Assembly: GCA_964016885.1 (NCBI GenBank)
Contig: OZ024749.1
Span: 7,874,001 to 7,938,000 of the forward strand
Reading direction: 5' to 3'
Origin: Eledone cirrhosa
Lineage: Eukaryota
Length of the DNA stretch: 64,000 bases
Part shown: positions 14,204-28,394 of the stretch, one piece after another
Layout: the number at the start of each line of letters is the position of its first letter
Numbering within the stretch: position 1 is the stretch's first letter
Position numbers and translations under genes: made by a program
The notes under the pieces: generated by a model
Databases searched by the model: none
What the model was told of the DNA's origin: nothing
Seen by the model: the letters and a program-made list of their open reading frames with translations, nothing else

Positions 14204-14312
<109 letters not shown>

Positions 14313-14397
14313 ATATATATATATATATAATATATATATATATATAATATATATATATATATATAATATATATATATATATAATATATATATATATC

Positions 14398-14475
<78 letters not shown>

Positions 14476-14491
14476 TATATATATAATATAT

Positions 14492-14647
<156 letters not shown>

Positions 14648-14649
14648 AT

Positions 14650-14683
<34 letters not shown>

Positions 14684-14858
14684 ATCTATATATATATAAT
14701 CTATATATATATATATATATATAATATATATAATATATATATATATAATATATATATAATATATATATATATATATCATATATATATAAATATATATATA
14801 TATATAATATATATATATATATATAATATATAAATATATATATATATATAATATATAT

Positions 14859-14915
<57 letters not shown>

Positions 14916-15006
14916 TATAATATATATATATATAATAATATATATATATAATATATATATATATAATATATATATAATATATATATATAATATATATATA
15001 TATAAT

Positions 15007-15094
<88 letters not shown>

Positions 15095-15102
15095 TTATAT
15101 AT

Positions 15103-15149
<47 letters not shown>

Positions 15150-15247
15150 TATATATATATTATATATATACAATATATATATATATATAATATATATATA
15201 TATTATATAATATATATATATATATATTATATATATATATATAATAT

Positions 15248-15278
<31 letters not shown>

Positions 15279-15668
15279 ATATATATATAATATATAATAT
15301 ATATATAATATATAATATATATATATATAAATATATATATATAATATATATATATATATATAAATATATATAATATATATATATAATATATATAATATAT
15401 ATATAATATATATATATATAATATATGTAGGAGGTGAGTTTTATTGTAGTACAATAAAGCAATGCAGATATCGGATAAGAAGCACTCTACAGTTTGTGGG
15501 ACTGGAGTATGCATAATATAAGATCAAAAGATGGTTAAAGGAGTTCCATATATTTTATTATGCGCATAATAAAATATATGGAACTCCTTTAACCATCTTT
15601 TGATCTTATATTATATATATAATATATATATATAATATATATATATAATATTTATATATAATATATAT

Positions 15669-15713
<45 letters not shown>

Positions 15714-16045
15714 TATATATATAATATATATATATATATATAATATATAATATATAATATATATATATAATAATATATAATATATATATATATATATAAT
15801 ATATATATATATATAATATATATATATATATATAATATATATATATAATATATATATATATAATATATATATATATATATAATATATATAATATATATAT
15901 ATATAATATATATATATATAATATATATAATATATATATAATATATAAATATATATAATATATAATATATATAATATACAATATATATAATATATAATAT
16001 ATATAATATATATAATATATAATATATAATATATATAATATATAT

Positions 16046-16077
<32 letters not shown>

Positions 16078-16251
16078 ATATATATATATATATAATATAT
16101 ATAATATATATATATATATATAATATATAATATATATATATAATATATAATATATATATATAATATATAAATATAATATATATATATAATATCTATATAT
16201 ATATATAATATATAATATATAATATATATATATAATATATATATATATAAT

Positions 16252-16285
<34 letters not shown>

Positions 16286-16301
16286 ATATATATTTATATA
16301 T

Positions 16302-16367
<66 letters not shown>

Positions 16368-16444
16368 ATATATATATATATAAATATATATATATATAAA
16401 TATATATATATAAATATATATATATAAATATATAAATATATATT

Positions 16445-16509
<65 letters not shown>

Positions 16510-16526
16510 TATATATATATAATATA

Positions 16527-16576
<50 letters not shown>

Positions 16577-16632
16577 TATATATATAAATATATATATATA
16601 TAAATATATATATATAAATATATATATATATA

Positions 16633-16700
<68 letters not shown>

Positions 16701-17158
16701 GATATATATATATAAATATATATATATAATATATATATATGTATATATATATAATATATATATGTATATATATATATATAAATATATATATATAAATATA
16801 TATATATATAATATATATATGTATATATATATAATATATATATGTATATATATATAATATATATATATATATAATATATATATAATATATATATATATAT
16901 AATATATATATATATAATAAATATATATATATATATATATAATATATATATATATATATAATAAATATATAATAAATATATATATATAATAAATATATAT
17001 ATATAATAAATATATATAATAAATATATATATATATATATATAAACGTTAGAATATGTGTAATAAGGCCAAGACAATGCAGATATGGACATAGAAAAAAG
17101 AATGCAATAGTGAGAGATATTGATGAGAATTCGTCTTTCACCTTGAATTTATTTAAAT

Positions 17159-17197
17159 GTCCTTAATTTTCGAGATAATATCCCTTCTTCGGAGGGA
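17159..17197 (-). ncRNA. Degenerate minimal hammerhead motif
   Basis: cct CCGAAGA a gggat-att-atctc GAA aatt A agg; U4 replaced by C; palindromic stem III. The host island has the inverted 15-mer aaacgttagaatatg. Confidence 0.45.
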
Positions 17198-17298
17198 AGT
17201 AAAAGTCTCAGACCAGCGTCTAAATTTTCAATGAATCCATGCATATTCTAACGTTTATACCTCATTACACAATGCTTCAAGTGAACTATAATCTCCTC

Positions 17299-17346
<48 letters not shown>

Positions 17347-17508
17347 AATATATATATATATATATATAATAAATAAATATATATATATATATAATAAATA
17401 TATATATATATATATAATAAATATATATATATATATATAATAAATATATATATATATATATAATAAATATATATATATATATATAATAAATATATATATA
17501 TATATATA

Positions 17509-17550
<42 letters not shown>

Positions 17551-17588
17551 TAATATATATATATATAATATATATAATATATATATAT

Positions 17589-17621
<33 letters not shown>

Positions 17622-17625
17622 ATAT

Positions 17626-17659
<34 letters not shown>

Positions 17660-17667
17660 ATATATAT

Positions 17668-17701
<34 letters not shown>

Positions 17702-17728
17702 ATATATATATATATATAATATATATAT

Positions 17729-17772
<44 letters not shown>

Positions 17773-18032
17773 TATATATATAATATATATATATATATAT
17801 AATATATATATAAATATATATATAATATATATATAAATATATATATAAATATATATATATATAAATATATATATATATAATATATATATATATATAAATA
17901 TATATAAATATATATAAATATATATAATATATATATATATATAAATATATATATATATAATATATAAATATATAAATATATATATATATAATATATATAT
18001 ATATAAATATATATAATATATATATATATATA

Positions 18033-18074
<42 letters not shown>

Positions 18075-18144
18075 TATATTAATATATTTAGAAACACACA
18101 GATACATGCGGACACACACATATATACATGAATGCATCCGCACC

Positions 18145-18175
<31 letters not shown>

Positions 18176-18923
18176 CTATATATATATATATATAATGTTT
18201 TCTGCCTCGATGTATTTCCATACTTGCACGCACGGTCACACACACCTCTTAATTTGTGTTTGAGACACGTTGGCTCAGAGCTTTTCACCGGAGCGGAAAT
18301 ATTTGTTTTCTAATCTCCTGCCACCACATAAATTTGTAAATCGGTGGCCGACCGGGGGACAGAATTGTATCAGATTCCAGTTGCTAATCACTTTACTGTG
18401 TCGGCCGTCACAAACTGTCATAGCCGGCATGGGCTGGAGTTGAATTCTGTCGATCGATTGGTTATTGATTAGGCGATACCTGCTGATGAAGCTACATGCG
18501 CCGATTATGCATTTTTGCATAATATATGCAGACATGGGATGCAGTGCATCCTACTGCTGCATTAAGTGTGGCCGAAACTTGAGTCCGGAAACTACTAAAG
18601 GCACCCGTTTACGTGTGTTGTATTGAAGCGAATAACTGTTTATACTCTGGGAATGTATTCTACATTGCCTATTGAGTACGCTGAGATACAACAGGTCCTG
18701 GCATTGTTAAAAATGCTGGGTCCGTCAACTCCTCATTATATATATATAAATATAAATATATATATATATACATATATTTATATATATATGCAGAGGTTAT
18801 ATTTAATTTGTTGGGATTCAACAAGCTTAAACATTTTTATAACTGATATAAAGCACTCAACAAGTTAGTGGAGTAAATATACACTATATTAATAAATGGA
18901 AACTATATTTATAAAACCATAAT

Positions 18924-18989
18924 TATTTTATTATATATATTTCAAGTGCAAGTAAGGTAAATTATGGTGCGCTTTCATCAGATAAAATA
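18924..18989 (-). ncRNA. Type I hammerhead ribozyme, family B copy
   Basis: tattttat CTGATGA aagcgca..tgcactt GAA atatatat A ataaaata. Confidence 0.7.
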
Positions 18990-19109
18990 CAGATTTGTTT
19001 TATAAATAAATATTGACATACCTGGAAAAAAGACAACCTCCGCGAATTTCAACCGTTGAGGTTGTCTTTTTTTCCGGGTATGTCAATATTTATTTATAAA
19101 ACAAATCTG

Positions 19110-19175
19110 TATTTTATCTGATGAAAGGGCACCATAATTTACCTTGGTTGCCCTTGAAATATATATAATAAAATA
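19110..19175 (+). ncRNA. Type I hammerhead ribozyme (best copy)
   Basis: Stem I tattttat/ataaaata (8 bp); CTGATGA 19118-19124; stem II aagggc-acca/tggt-t-gccctt; GAA 19156-19158; palindromic stem III atatatat; predicted cleavage after A19167. Confidence 0.85.
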
Positions 19176-19519
19176 ATCATGGTTATATAAATATAGTTTC
19201 CATTTATTAATATAATATATATATATATATATATTTACATAAGTTTGGAGGGTATGTGCATAAACACTTACTCACCGTACTGTATTATTGCAGTATTGTC
19301 TTAGCTCAATGTACGTAGAATTTTACATTGTATATTTTTGAGTGCCATCTACCGTGTCTTCCTCTTGTTGAAGACAATTGTACCTTGGTATTTTGTAGTG
19401 ATGCTTAGTAACCCCAGCATGAACCCCTTTGTTAGCTATCTCCAATCCCCCTATTATTTTTCTGATTGTTCATGTGACTAAGTTATTCTGGAGCTTATAC
19501 TCAACACGGTATTTGTTGA

Positions 19520-19565
19520 GCACTGATGATTCCTGCCTCAAGGTGAGGATGAAACATTGTTAGTG
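19520..19565 (+). ncRNA. Hammerhead-like motif, stem I unclear
   Basis: CTGATGA t tcctgcc-tcaa-ggtgagga t GAA acattgt T agtg. Confidence 0.45.
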
Positions 19566-19607
19566 AATAAAGACTGTTTGAGTATGTAAGCGTTCTTTGG
19601 TTTCTTT

Positions 19608-19670
<63 letters not shown>

Positions 19671-20730
19671 TGATGCTCACACTCATATATGTATATATGT
19701 GTAAGTGGGTTGTTTATATTGTATTCTTTCATTTCCCTATCTATTTTGTATATTCCTACTCTAGTCACTTAGAGAAAGTATTTTGAATCAACTTGCTGCA
19801 AAATACTATTAATTCTGTGACATATGAGGATGGTTTCCTCCACAATTGGAAGCCATACAGCATCTGGCATTGCTGCACAATAGGCTATTCAAAACAACCT
19901 AGTAATTGTTCCTATATTATACTTACAGAGTAGCACAAGATTTAATCATCTGAGAATATAGATATTATGTGTTGTTTGTGTACTGAATATCTCAATAGAC
20001 CATGGCTAAAAATACCTCTTCGAGAATAAAATAGAAATAGGGAGTAAGATTTACAAAGTGATCCAATGGATATTCCTCGCAGTGTAGTCTAAAATAAACC
20101 CACGCTCCCCCCGTTCATCTCGCCAATACTGCAGTTTTGTCTCGTAACAAAACATTGGTGTTTTTTATAATATACATTAACCTATATTCAAGAACTCCAG
20201 ACACTTTATATGACTTCTTTGAAAGTATAAAGAAATGTTCAGCTGTTAGTGAATGAAGGAATCGTCCATTGGCGCACTCACGTGGTATATGTTATACAGA
20301 CACAGACAGACAAACAGACACACACACACAGACACATACATGCACACACATACACACACAAACACACATATATATACACACACACACAGAGGCATACACA
20401 CACACATACATACATACAGACACACACATACGCGCACACAGACACACACATATATATATACATATATAGTGGTTTCTTTATTATTTATTATTATATATAT
20501 ATACTTTAGACAATCCCAATTTGTTTTATTATATATATATCTCGAAGATACAAATTTTATGTATAGCATAAACCGAAACAACGTCCTCTTTAGGACATAT
20601 ACATAATAACATAAATAGAGATGATATACAGTATATATCTTTCGTTTATTACTATTATAAAGTACCAGTAATGTACTGGGTAATTGCTGGCCTTGTGCCA
20701 AAAGAAGAAACAATTATTATAATAATAATA

Positions 20731-20922
20731 AGGGTGGTGGATTTGTAGTATCGGTAGAAGGTCGGACGTCATGCTTTGCAGCATAGAGTTACGCCCTTTA
20801 TGGTCTGAGTTCAAATCCCGCCGAGGTTAACTTTTGCCTTTTATCCTTACGGGGTCGATAAAATAAAGTACCAGTAATGCACTGGGTATTTGCTAGCCTT
20901 GTGCCAAAAGTAGAAACAGTTA
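20731..20922 (+). mobile_element. SINE1 (preceded by a 3' fragment at 20657-20716)
   Basis: Full head, body and tail. Confidence 0.9.
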
Positions 20923-20932
20923 TATATATATA

Positions 20933-21064
20933 TCTAATTTCCTGATGATTTCCTTCGAATGATACAGTTCCATTCTGTAGAAACCATTTCTATATTAAAT
21001 ATTTATACTCTGCTATGTATTGAGTACTTTACTTACTGTGGTTACCTCCGATTCACCCCCACCC

Positions 21065-21066
<2 letters not shown>
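20933..21066 (+). mobile_element. TA-embedded element, family I; inverted relative at 42611-42776
   Basis: CTGATGA t ttc-cttc-gaa t GAT (degenerate core) at 20942-20963; TTGAGTACTT at 21020-21029. Confidence 0.6.
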
Positions 21067-21101
<35 letters not shown>

Positions 21102-21227
21102 AAAAAGTATAACCCGTTTTGACAGCTATTTCTGGACTATATAAGTGCGAAGAACAAACAAACAGAATTTACTTCATTTTTCCTGGCAGTCCAGAGAAAT
21201 TAATTAAATAAATAATCAATAATCAAA

Positions 21228-21411
21228 TAATTGTTTCTACTTTAGGCACAAGGCCAGCAATTACCCAGTGCATTACTGGTACTTTATTTTATCGACCCCG
21301 TAAGGATGAAAGGCAAAGTCAACCTCGGCGGGATTTGAACTCCGATCGTAAAGGGACGTAACTATGCTGGAAAGCATGGCGTTCGACCCTCTACCGATAC
21401 TGCCAATCCAC
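21228..21411 (-). mobile_element. SINE1
   Basis: Reverse complement of the consensus. Confidence 0.9.
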
Positions 21412-22111
21412 AATAATCCGAGCTAAATAGAATTATAGATGTGAAGAAAAAATAGAAAGGTGTTTACCTAATTACATCCCTTAGCCCCGACTGCAGTTTC
21501 GCCTGTGTTGTGTAGCAGGTGTATTTCAATTGCACTTTAGCTACGAGGTCATAAGTTTATAGAGAGATTTCTCAGTAGGACTAGTTTTCTCTAAAGTGAC
21601 CGCCACCAGTAATAGTTTTAAAAGAGGAAAACATCACGTGATTTACGATCAAAACAAAAAGGTGGTGAAGGCTGGACTGATGGCGTGTAATAGCGTTGCT
21701 AGAACGAGCAGTCAATTACAGCCTAAGTTTTACTCATCCTTGCGGGAGTTAGAGGATACACATACATAACTATAAGTAGAAACAAATATATGTGAGTTGT
21801 GTCCACCTTCAATTTGTTTTCGCTCGATGAATGAATGAAATCCGCTAGTCGGCGCTGGCTGACGGCCTTTAAATTCAAAGCCTGTCTTTCAAAATATTTA
21901 TTTATTAACCATACCGTATATATTTAGATATCCGAAATTAACATACATGTATGTATACAGCTACCCCAAAGCTACATTTTAATTCTACTTTTAAGTTGAG
22001 CCAATTTATACAGCTAGCGTGCAAATGAGGCTAATCAGCTTACCTACATAGGCTAAAAAACTATATATTTTCACCTGCTTCAAGTCTCAGACGAGAGCAA
22101 GGAGGAAGGAC

Positions 22112-22148
22112 TGTCCTGATGAGTACAAGAGCTCGAAATTCATAGACA
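22112..22148 (+). ncRNA. Minimal type I hammerhead ribozyme motif
   Basis: tgtc CTGATGA g-tacaagagct-c GAA attcat A gaca; stem I can extend via ggaagg/tcttcc. Confidence 0.7.
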
Positions 22149-22234
22149 ACTATCTTCCGATCATTTTGTTGGAATCTGCCAGACGAAATTAAATTTTAAA
22201 TATATATATATTCTGGCTGGTTCAATCCCTTATT

Positions 22235-22419
22235 ATTGGATTGGCAGAATCGGTAGAGCGTCAGACACCATGTTTTGCAGCATAGAGTTACGGCCCTTTA
22301 TGGTCTGATTTCAAATCCCGCCGATATTAGCTTTGTCTTTCATCCTTACGGAGTCGATAAATAAAGTACCAGTAGTGTACTGCGATAATTGCTGGCCTTG
22401 TGCCAGAAGTAGAAACATT
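22235..22419 (+). mobile_element. SINE1
   Basis: Matches the consensus. Confidence 0.88.
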
Positions 22420-23140
22420 CTTATTGTTGTTGTTGTGTTGTCGTCGTTATTTGCAAGTTGAATAATGTATACTCTGGGTGACAGGGATTTTGTTTTAGGT
22501 TTGTCGTTATAATTGCTGGTCGTTTGAAAGCATTGGAAGAGCAAATGTTTGCAATGGTGAAAATAAAAGTAGACGGAAATGTTACTAACGCCATAGAAAT
22601 ATTACTGTTATGACTGAAAAGGATCTTGAAACAAAATGTTTTAAATACCATATAAAACCGGAATGGAAGCTTCCTGAGCTGAAAAATAACTATCACTTCT
22701 CTCGACTGATAATGATGAATAATGGATTTAGGTGACGCATATAAATTGGATGAACTGGCATTATGTTTTGTATTCATTAAATCAAATAATCTTTACCTTT
22801 TAATCGGTGTATTGAACAAAGGATAGCTACTAATAAATTCATCTGATATATTAACCTACATTGCTGCTTTGGTTTGCAGTACAAAGTATTTTAGTAATCA
22901 AATTAAAAGCGTATGTCGCTACAGCTTTTAACTGCGTTTTTCTTCCTCTAAAACTCTATGTCGTACCTTTTTTATATTTTGTTATATGTTAATTCTGCTA
23001 AAGATAGAGTGTTATGGAAATGTATTTACTAAGGAAAAAAGTGAATATTCTACTTCCCTCTATCACCTCTCTGTTGCTATTTCGAATGAAATAAATATAA
23101 ACCAGAGTTAAACACATTTAAAAGAATCACTCCATATAAT

Positions 23141-23324
23141 AGTTTTTCTACTTTTGGCACAATATTGCCAGCAATTTCTGGTACTTTATTTTATCGGCTC
23201 CGTAAGGATGAAAGACAAAGTTAACATCGGCAGGATTTTAACTCAGAACGTAAAAGGCCATAACTCTATGCTGCAAATAATAGTATCTGACGCTCTACCG
23301 ATTCTGCCAATCCACCGCCCGTAC
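23141..23324 (-). mobile_element. SINE1 with 16-bp TSD
   Basis: aatcactccatataat at 23125-23140 and 23325-23340. Confidence 0.9.
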
Positions 23325-23477
23325 AATCACTCCATATAATGACAACTCATACAATACTCCACACGACCAACGTTCAATAAAGTAACACAACATATATCTA
23401 CATATATCCGATAGCCGCCATTTTACCTCCAACATTACCCGAGGTGTATCCTACATAGCTGCTACTTATTAATAACC

Positions 23478-23690
23478 TTTACTGTAGGCACAAGGCCAGC
23501 AATTTCAGGGGGACGGGAAAATTCAATTAAATCGACTCCAGTGCATTACTGGTACTTTATTTTATCGACCCCGTAAGGATGAAAAGCAAAGCTAAACTCG
23601 GCGGATTTGAACTAGAACGTAAAAGGCCGTAACTCTCTACTGCGAAGCATGGTGTCCGACGCTCTACCGATTCTGCCAATCCACTTCCCT
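23478..23690 (-). mobile_element. SINE1 (longer-body variant)
   Basis: Matches the consensus with an extra segment before the tail. Confidence 0.88.
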
Positions 23691-23863
23691 TATTAATGTG
23701 ACACAAATCATACACAATATACTAAACACAATTACCACGTGACACCGAAGCACGCCATACCTAGCATATACATGCGTATACAAAGTATATATACCTCCTG
23801 ACAAAATATATAATATCTACCATATAACTGCGCATACTACCTATATACACATAACAAAATGAT

Positions 23864-24054
23864 AATTGTTTCTACTTTTGGCACAAGGCCAGCAATTATC
23901 CCAGTACATTACTGCTACTTTATTTTATCGACCCCGTAAGGATGAAAGGCAAAGTTAAACTCGGCGGGATTTGAACTCAGAATGGCAAGGGCCGTAACTC
24001 TATGCGTCAAAGCATGGCGTCCGACCCGCTACCGATACTGCCAATCCACCGCCC
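23864..24054 (-). mobile_element. SINE1
   Basis: Matches the consensus. Confidence 0.9.
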
Positions 24055-24056
24055 TT

Positions 24057-24138
<82 letters not shown>

Positions 24139-24196
24139 ATATTATATATATATATATTATATTATATATATATATATTATATTATATATATTATAT

Positions 24197-24386
24197 TGGC
24201 GGTGGATTGGCAGTATCGGTAGAGGGTCGGACGCCATGTTTTGATGCATAGAGTTACGGCCCTTGCTATTCTGAGTTCAAATCCCGCCGAGGTTAACTTT
24301 GCCTTTCATCCTTACGGGGTCGATAAAATAAAGTACCAGTAATGTACTGGGTAATTTCTGGCCTTGTGCCAATAGTAGAAACAATT
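24197..24386 (+). mobile_element. SINE1
   Basis: Matches the consensus; head-to-head with the previous copy across (TA)n. Confidence 0.9.
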
Positions 24387-24694
24387 ATATATATTATATA
24401 TATATTATATTATATATATTATATTATATATATATTATATTATATATATATATATTATATATATATATATTATATTATATATATATATATTATATTATAT
24501 ATATTATATTATATATATATATATTATATTATAGTATTAGTTATACTATTTATGGTTATGTAAACACAAAACCTTAAGCAGTTGTAAGTATTTTACACAC
24601 ACCCTAAATAGTGGTAGGCAGTAATGTATTACTACCTTATTACCAGTAAGTTAAGTAGCTCAATGTAAAAACATCAGATGATTTACAGAGCAGT

Positions 24695-26698
24695 TATATG
24701 AAATATAAGAATCAAAGAACTGTTCAAAACATTATTGTGCTTACAGCTGTTTCCTCCAAACCGAGGCTTGGATTCTTCGGAGCAATTTATTAATGCATGG
24801 ACAGTTATATGACCTCCTTTTCAGCCGAGAGACATACCAACACATATTCAAACATTGATACATATTCAAACATTGTGGGTCAACATTCATTACAAAATTT
24901 AGAGTGGCAGTACACACTTCGAGATTACATTTATATTAATAGGTACAATCAAAAATCAAAGATATAGGTTAAAGTACAACATGAAGATAAGTGGTTATAT
25001 AGTGCAAATGTTATATGTGTGGCACGCATGTGCGTCTTGTTTATATAGTGTGGCAGAGAGATATGTGTGGTAGAGGCACTTAGGTAGGTAAATAACAGTG
25101 TTAGGTTGGTAGATCTGGTGGCAAAGTCTTTATATGATTGATGTAGTCTGTGTGTGGAGAAATATTATAAGTATTAAAGATAGTGCAAGCATTAAAAGTG
25201 TTATAAGTATTGGAGATGCACAACGCAGGGATGTCAAGTAATTCATGTACTTCGGCATTTTCATGGTCAAGGGAGTGTATATTTCGATTATATGCCTTTC
25301 ACATAATCCACGACAATCCAGTTAGAGATCGTAGTCTGGTGTTCTTTAGTTCGATACAGGAGGTTGTTACGTTTCGAGAGACGCCATTGAATACCGGAAG
25401 TGTGTGTGTGGCTAAGGGGAGTTAATGCATGCGGGGAGGTAACTCTGGGGTTTCTATATCTAGCCATTAAAATGTGTCCCAATATGGACCCTAAATTCTA
25501 TGGTGAGGTGCACCTTCCAAGAGAGACTTTTAAAGCATAAAGTGCACTATCTATAGAGTAGTTTAACTAAATTATGCTGAAGGTGATCATATTATTATTA
25601 AGGTGGATTAACCCATCTTAAGGTGCTACAAATGGAAATTATAGATGATGAGCGAGGATTCTAAATTAATGATCTCTGTGGTTGTAGTCTGCTCATATGA
25701 CCAGACTACAACCACAGAGATCATTAATTTAGAATCCTCGCTCATCATCTATAATTTCCATTTGTAGCACCTTAAGATGGGTTAATCCACCTTAATAATA
25801 ATATGATCACCTTCAGCATAATTTAGTTAAACTACTCTATAGATAGTGCACTTTATGCTTTAAAAGTCTCTCTTGGAAGGTGCACCTCACCATAGAATTT
25901 AGGGTCCATATTGGGACACATTTTAATGGCTAGATATAGAAACCCCAGAGTTACCTCCCCGCATGCATTAACTCCCCTTAGCCACACACACACTTCCGGT
26001 ATTCAATGGCGTCTCTCGAAACGTAACAACCTCCTGTATCGAACTAAAGAACACCAGACTACGATCTCTAACTGGATTGTCGTGGATTATGTGAAAGGCA
26101 TATAATCGAAATATACACTCCCTTGACCATGAAAATGCCGAAGTACATGAATTACTTGACATCCCTGCGTTGTGCATCTCCAATACTTATAACACTTTTA
26201 ATGCTTGCACTATCTTTAATACTTATAATATTTCTCCACACACAGACTACATCAATCATATAAAGACTTTGCCACCAGATCTACCAACCTAACACTCTTA
26301 TTTACCTACCTAAGTGCCTCTACCACACATATCTCTCTGCCACACTATATAAACAAGACGCACATGCGTGCCACACATATAACATTTGCACTATATAACC
26401 ACTTATCTTCATGTTGTACTTTAACCTATATCTTTGATTTTTGATTGTACCTATTAATATAAATGTAATCTCGAAGTGTGTACTGCCACTCTAAATTTTG
26501 TAATGAATGTTGACCCACAATGTTTGAATATGTATCAATGTTTGAATATGTGTTGGTATGTCTCTCGGCTGAAAAGGAGGTCATATAACTGTCCATGCAT
26601 TAATAAATTGCTCCGAAGAATCCAAGCCTCGGTTTGGAGGAAACAGCTGTAAGCACAATAATGTTTTGAACAGTTCTTTGATTCTTATATTTCATATA
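24695..26698. repeat. 2004-bp near-perfect spacerless palindrome (family D)
   Basis: Centre at 25696/25697. Mirrored ORFs 25288-25482(-) and 25911-26105(+) confirm symmetry. I noted two mismatches. Confidence 0.95.
26608..26655 (+). ncRNA. Hammerhead variant in the palindrome arm (mirror copy 24738-24785, minus)
   Basis: tgct CCGAAGA a tccaagc-ctcg-gtttgga g GAA acagctgt A agca; palindromic stem III; U4 replaced by C. Confidence 0.6.
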
Positions 26699-26980
26699 TT
26701 TCATATATTTCATATATTTCATATATTATATTATATATATATATATTATATATACATATATATATTATATATATATATATTATATATATATATATTATAT
26801 ATATATATATTATATTATATATATATATATTATATATATATATATTATATATATATATATTATATATATATATATTATATTATATATATATATATATTAT
26901 ATATATTATATTATATATATATATATATTATATATATATATATTATATATATATATATTATATTATATATATATATATAT

Positions 26981-27014
<34 letters not shown>

Positions 27015-27103
27015 ATATTATATTATATATATATATATATTATATATATATATATATTATATTATATATATTATATTATATTATATATATTATATTATAT
27101 ATA

Positions 27104-27143
<40 letters not shown>

Positions 27144-27194
27144 TATATAATATATATATATATATTAAAATAACAGATGAAAGCAAAGAATCGC

Positions 27195-27237
<43 letters not shown>

Positions 27238-27239
<2 letters not shown>

Positions 27240-27506
27240 GTTATTTGACGCCAGACTCACCCAGTTGCAGACTGCACATTAACATGAGATCAACTCGTGG
27301 TGAGAGTAGGTTATGCCTGGAAGGAAGGTTGACTCGTAAGAACTGCCGATGCCGGCAACCAAAGTGATCGCTTGATAATGTCAACTTATGGACTGGACTT
27401 GATCTTTGCTCTTTGAACTCTGCTGTTGGTGATCGAACTTTCTGGAGAGAGATATCTCATGCTGATGCGCAGTCTGCAACTGCCGGAGTTTAGCGTCAAA
27501 TAAGAT
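27238..27506. mobile_element. MITE-like or fold-back element in (TA)n with ~54-bp imperfect terminal inverted repeats
   Basis: ttatttgacgccagactc..cagttgcagactgc..catgagat versus atctcatg..gcagtctgcaactg..gagtttagcgtcaaataa. Confidence 0.65.
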
Positions 27507-27515
27507 ATATATATT

Positions 27516-27552
<37 letters not shown>

Positions 27553-28249
27553 GTGTGGAGAGGGGGGGGGGAGGATTATTCATATACATATAAATATAAA
27601 TGTATGTGTGTGAGTGTATGTGTAAAGCTGAGTGTTAATATCTATGAAGATATGAAGAAGTATTAAAAAAAAAGTATTAATATAATCGTAGGATCGTATA
27701 TGTTAAGATCTCATTTGATATCTGTCATTCACTGTAGCCTGAGAAATTCAAGATTTTTTTTAATATTATAGTGACAAGCGATATCTAATCTTCCAAACGT
27801 TTTTTACTTGTAAACCATACGCTCTTCAAATGTGCAAATATCTATCATTTTACATATGTAAATCTAATATATTGCCCTACTAATTAATTAGGTATTTATG
27901 AGTATTGACGTTTAGAGTTGCCGGAATTCTCGCTAGGAAAAAAATAAGATAGATGTTATGTAACTTGTAATTAAGTTTAATATGTCTTAATTATGTTACC
28001 GTCTTATGTGACTAATTAGACCGGACATTTCTCCTGTTATATATATATATATATATATAACGAAGGAGGTGTGGTAAGGAACCAGATGGACATAATGCAT
28101 CTGAGTACTCAATACTTAGGGAAAATAGCCGTCGAAACGGCTTCAGCTCTACTGTCGGTGTTAAACATTTTCCTATATATATATACATGTGTGTGTGAGA
28201 GCGTGTGTGAGCGTGTGTGAGCGTGTGTGAACGTGTGTGAGCGCGTGTG

Positions 28250-28319
<70 letters not shown>

Positions 28320-28394
28320 TGTGAGTGTATGGATATCTGCATACATGTTATATACTACGTGTGTATATGTACTTATGCATGCATATATTTGCAT

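Larger units (their letters stand above)
18789..19213. mobile_element. Family B fold-back element with two hammerheads on opposite strands
   Basis: About 18885-19040 is inverted at 19058-19213; flanked by (TA)n. Confidence 0.8.

Noticed and set aside
22499-22735. Exon-like frame after ttttag
   Set aside because: It has an internal stop and no recognisable domain.
24197-24290. tRNA gene
   Set aside because: A and B boxes are present but followed by a SINE body and tail in many dispersed copies; no clean cloverleaf.
25210-26183. Twin ORFs on opposite strands
   Set aside because: A by-product of the palindrome; short and with no recognisable domain.
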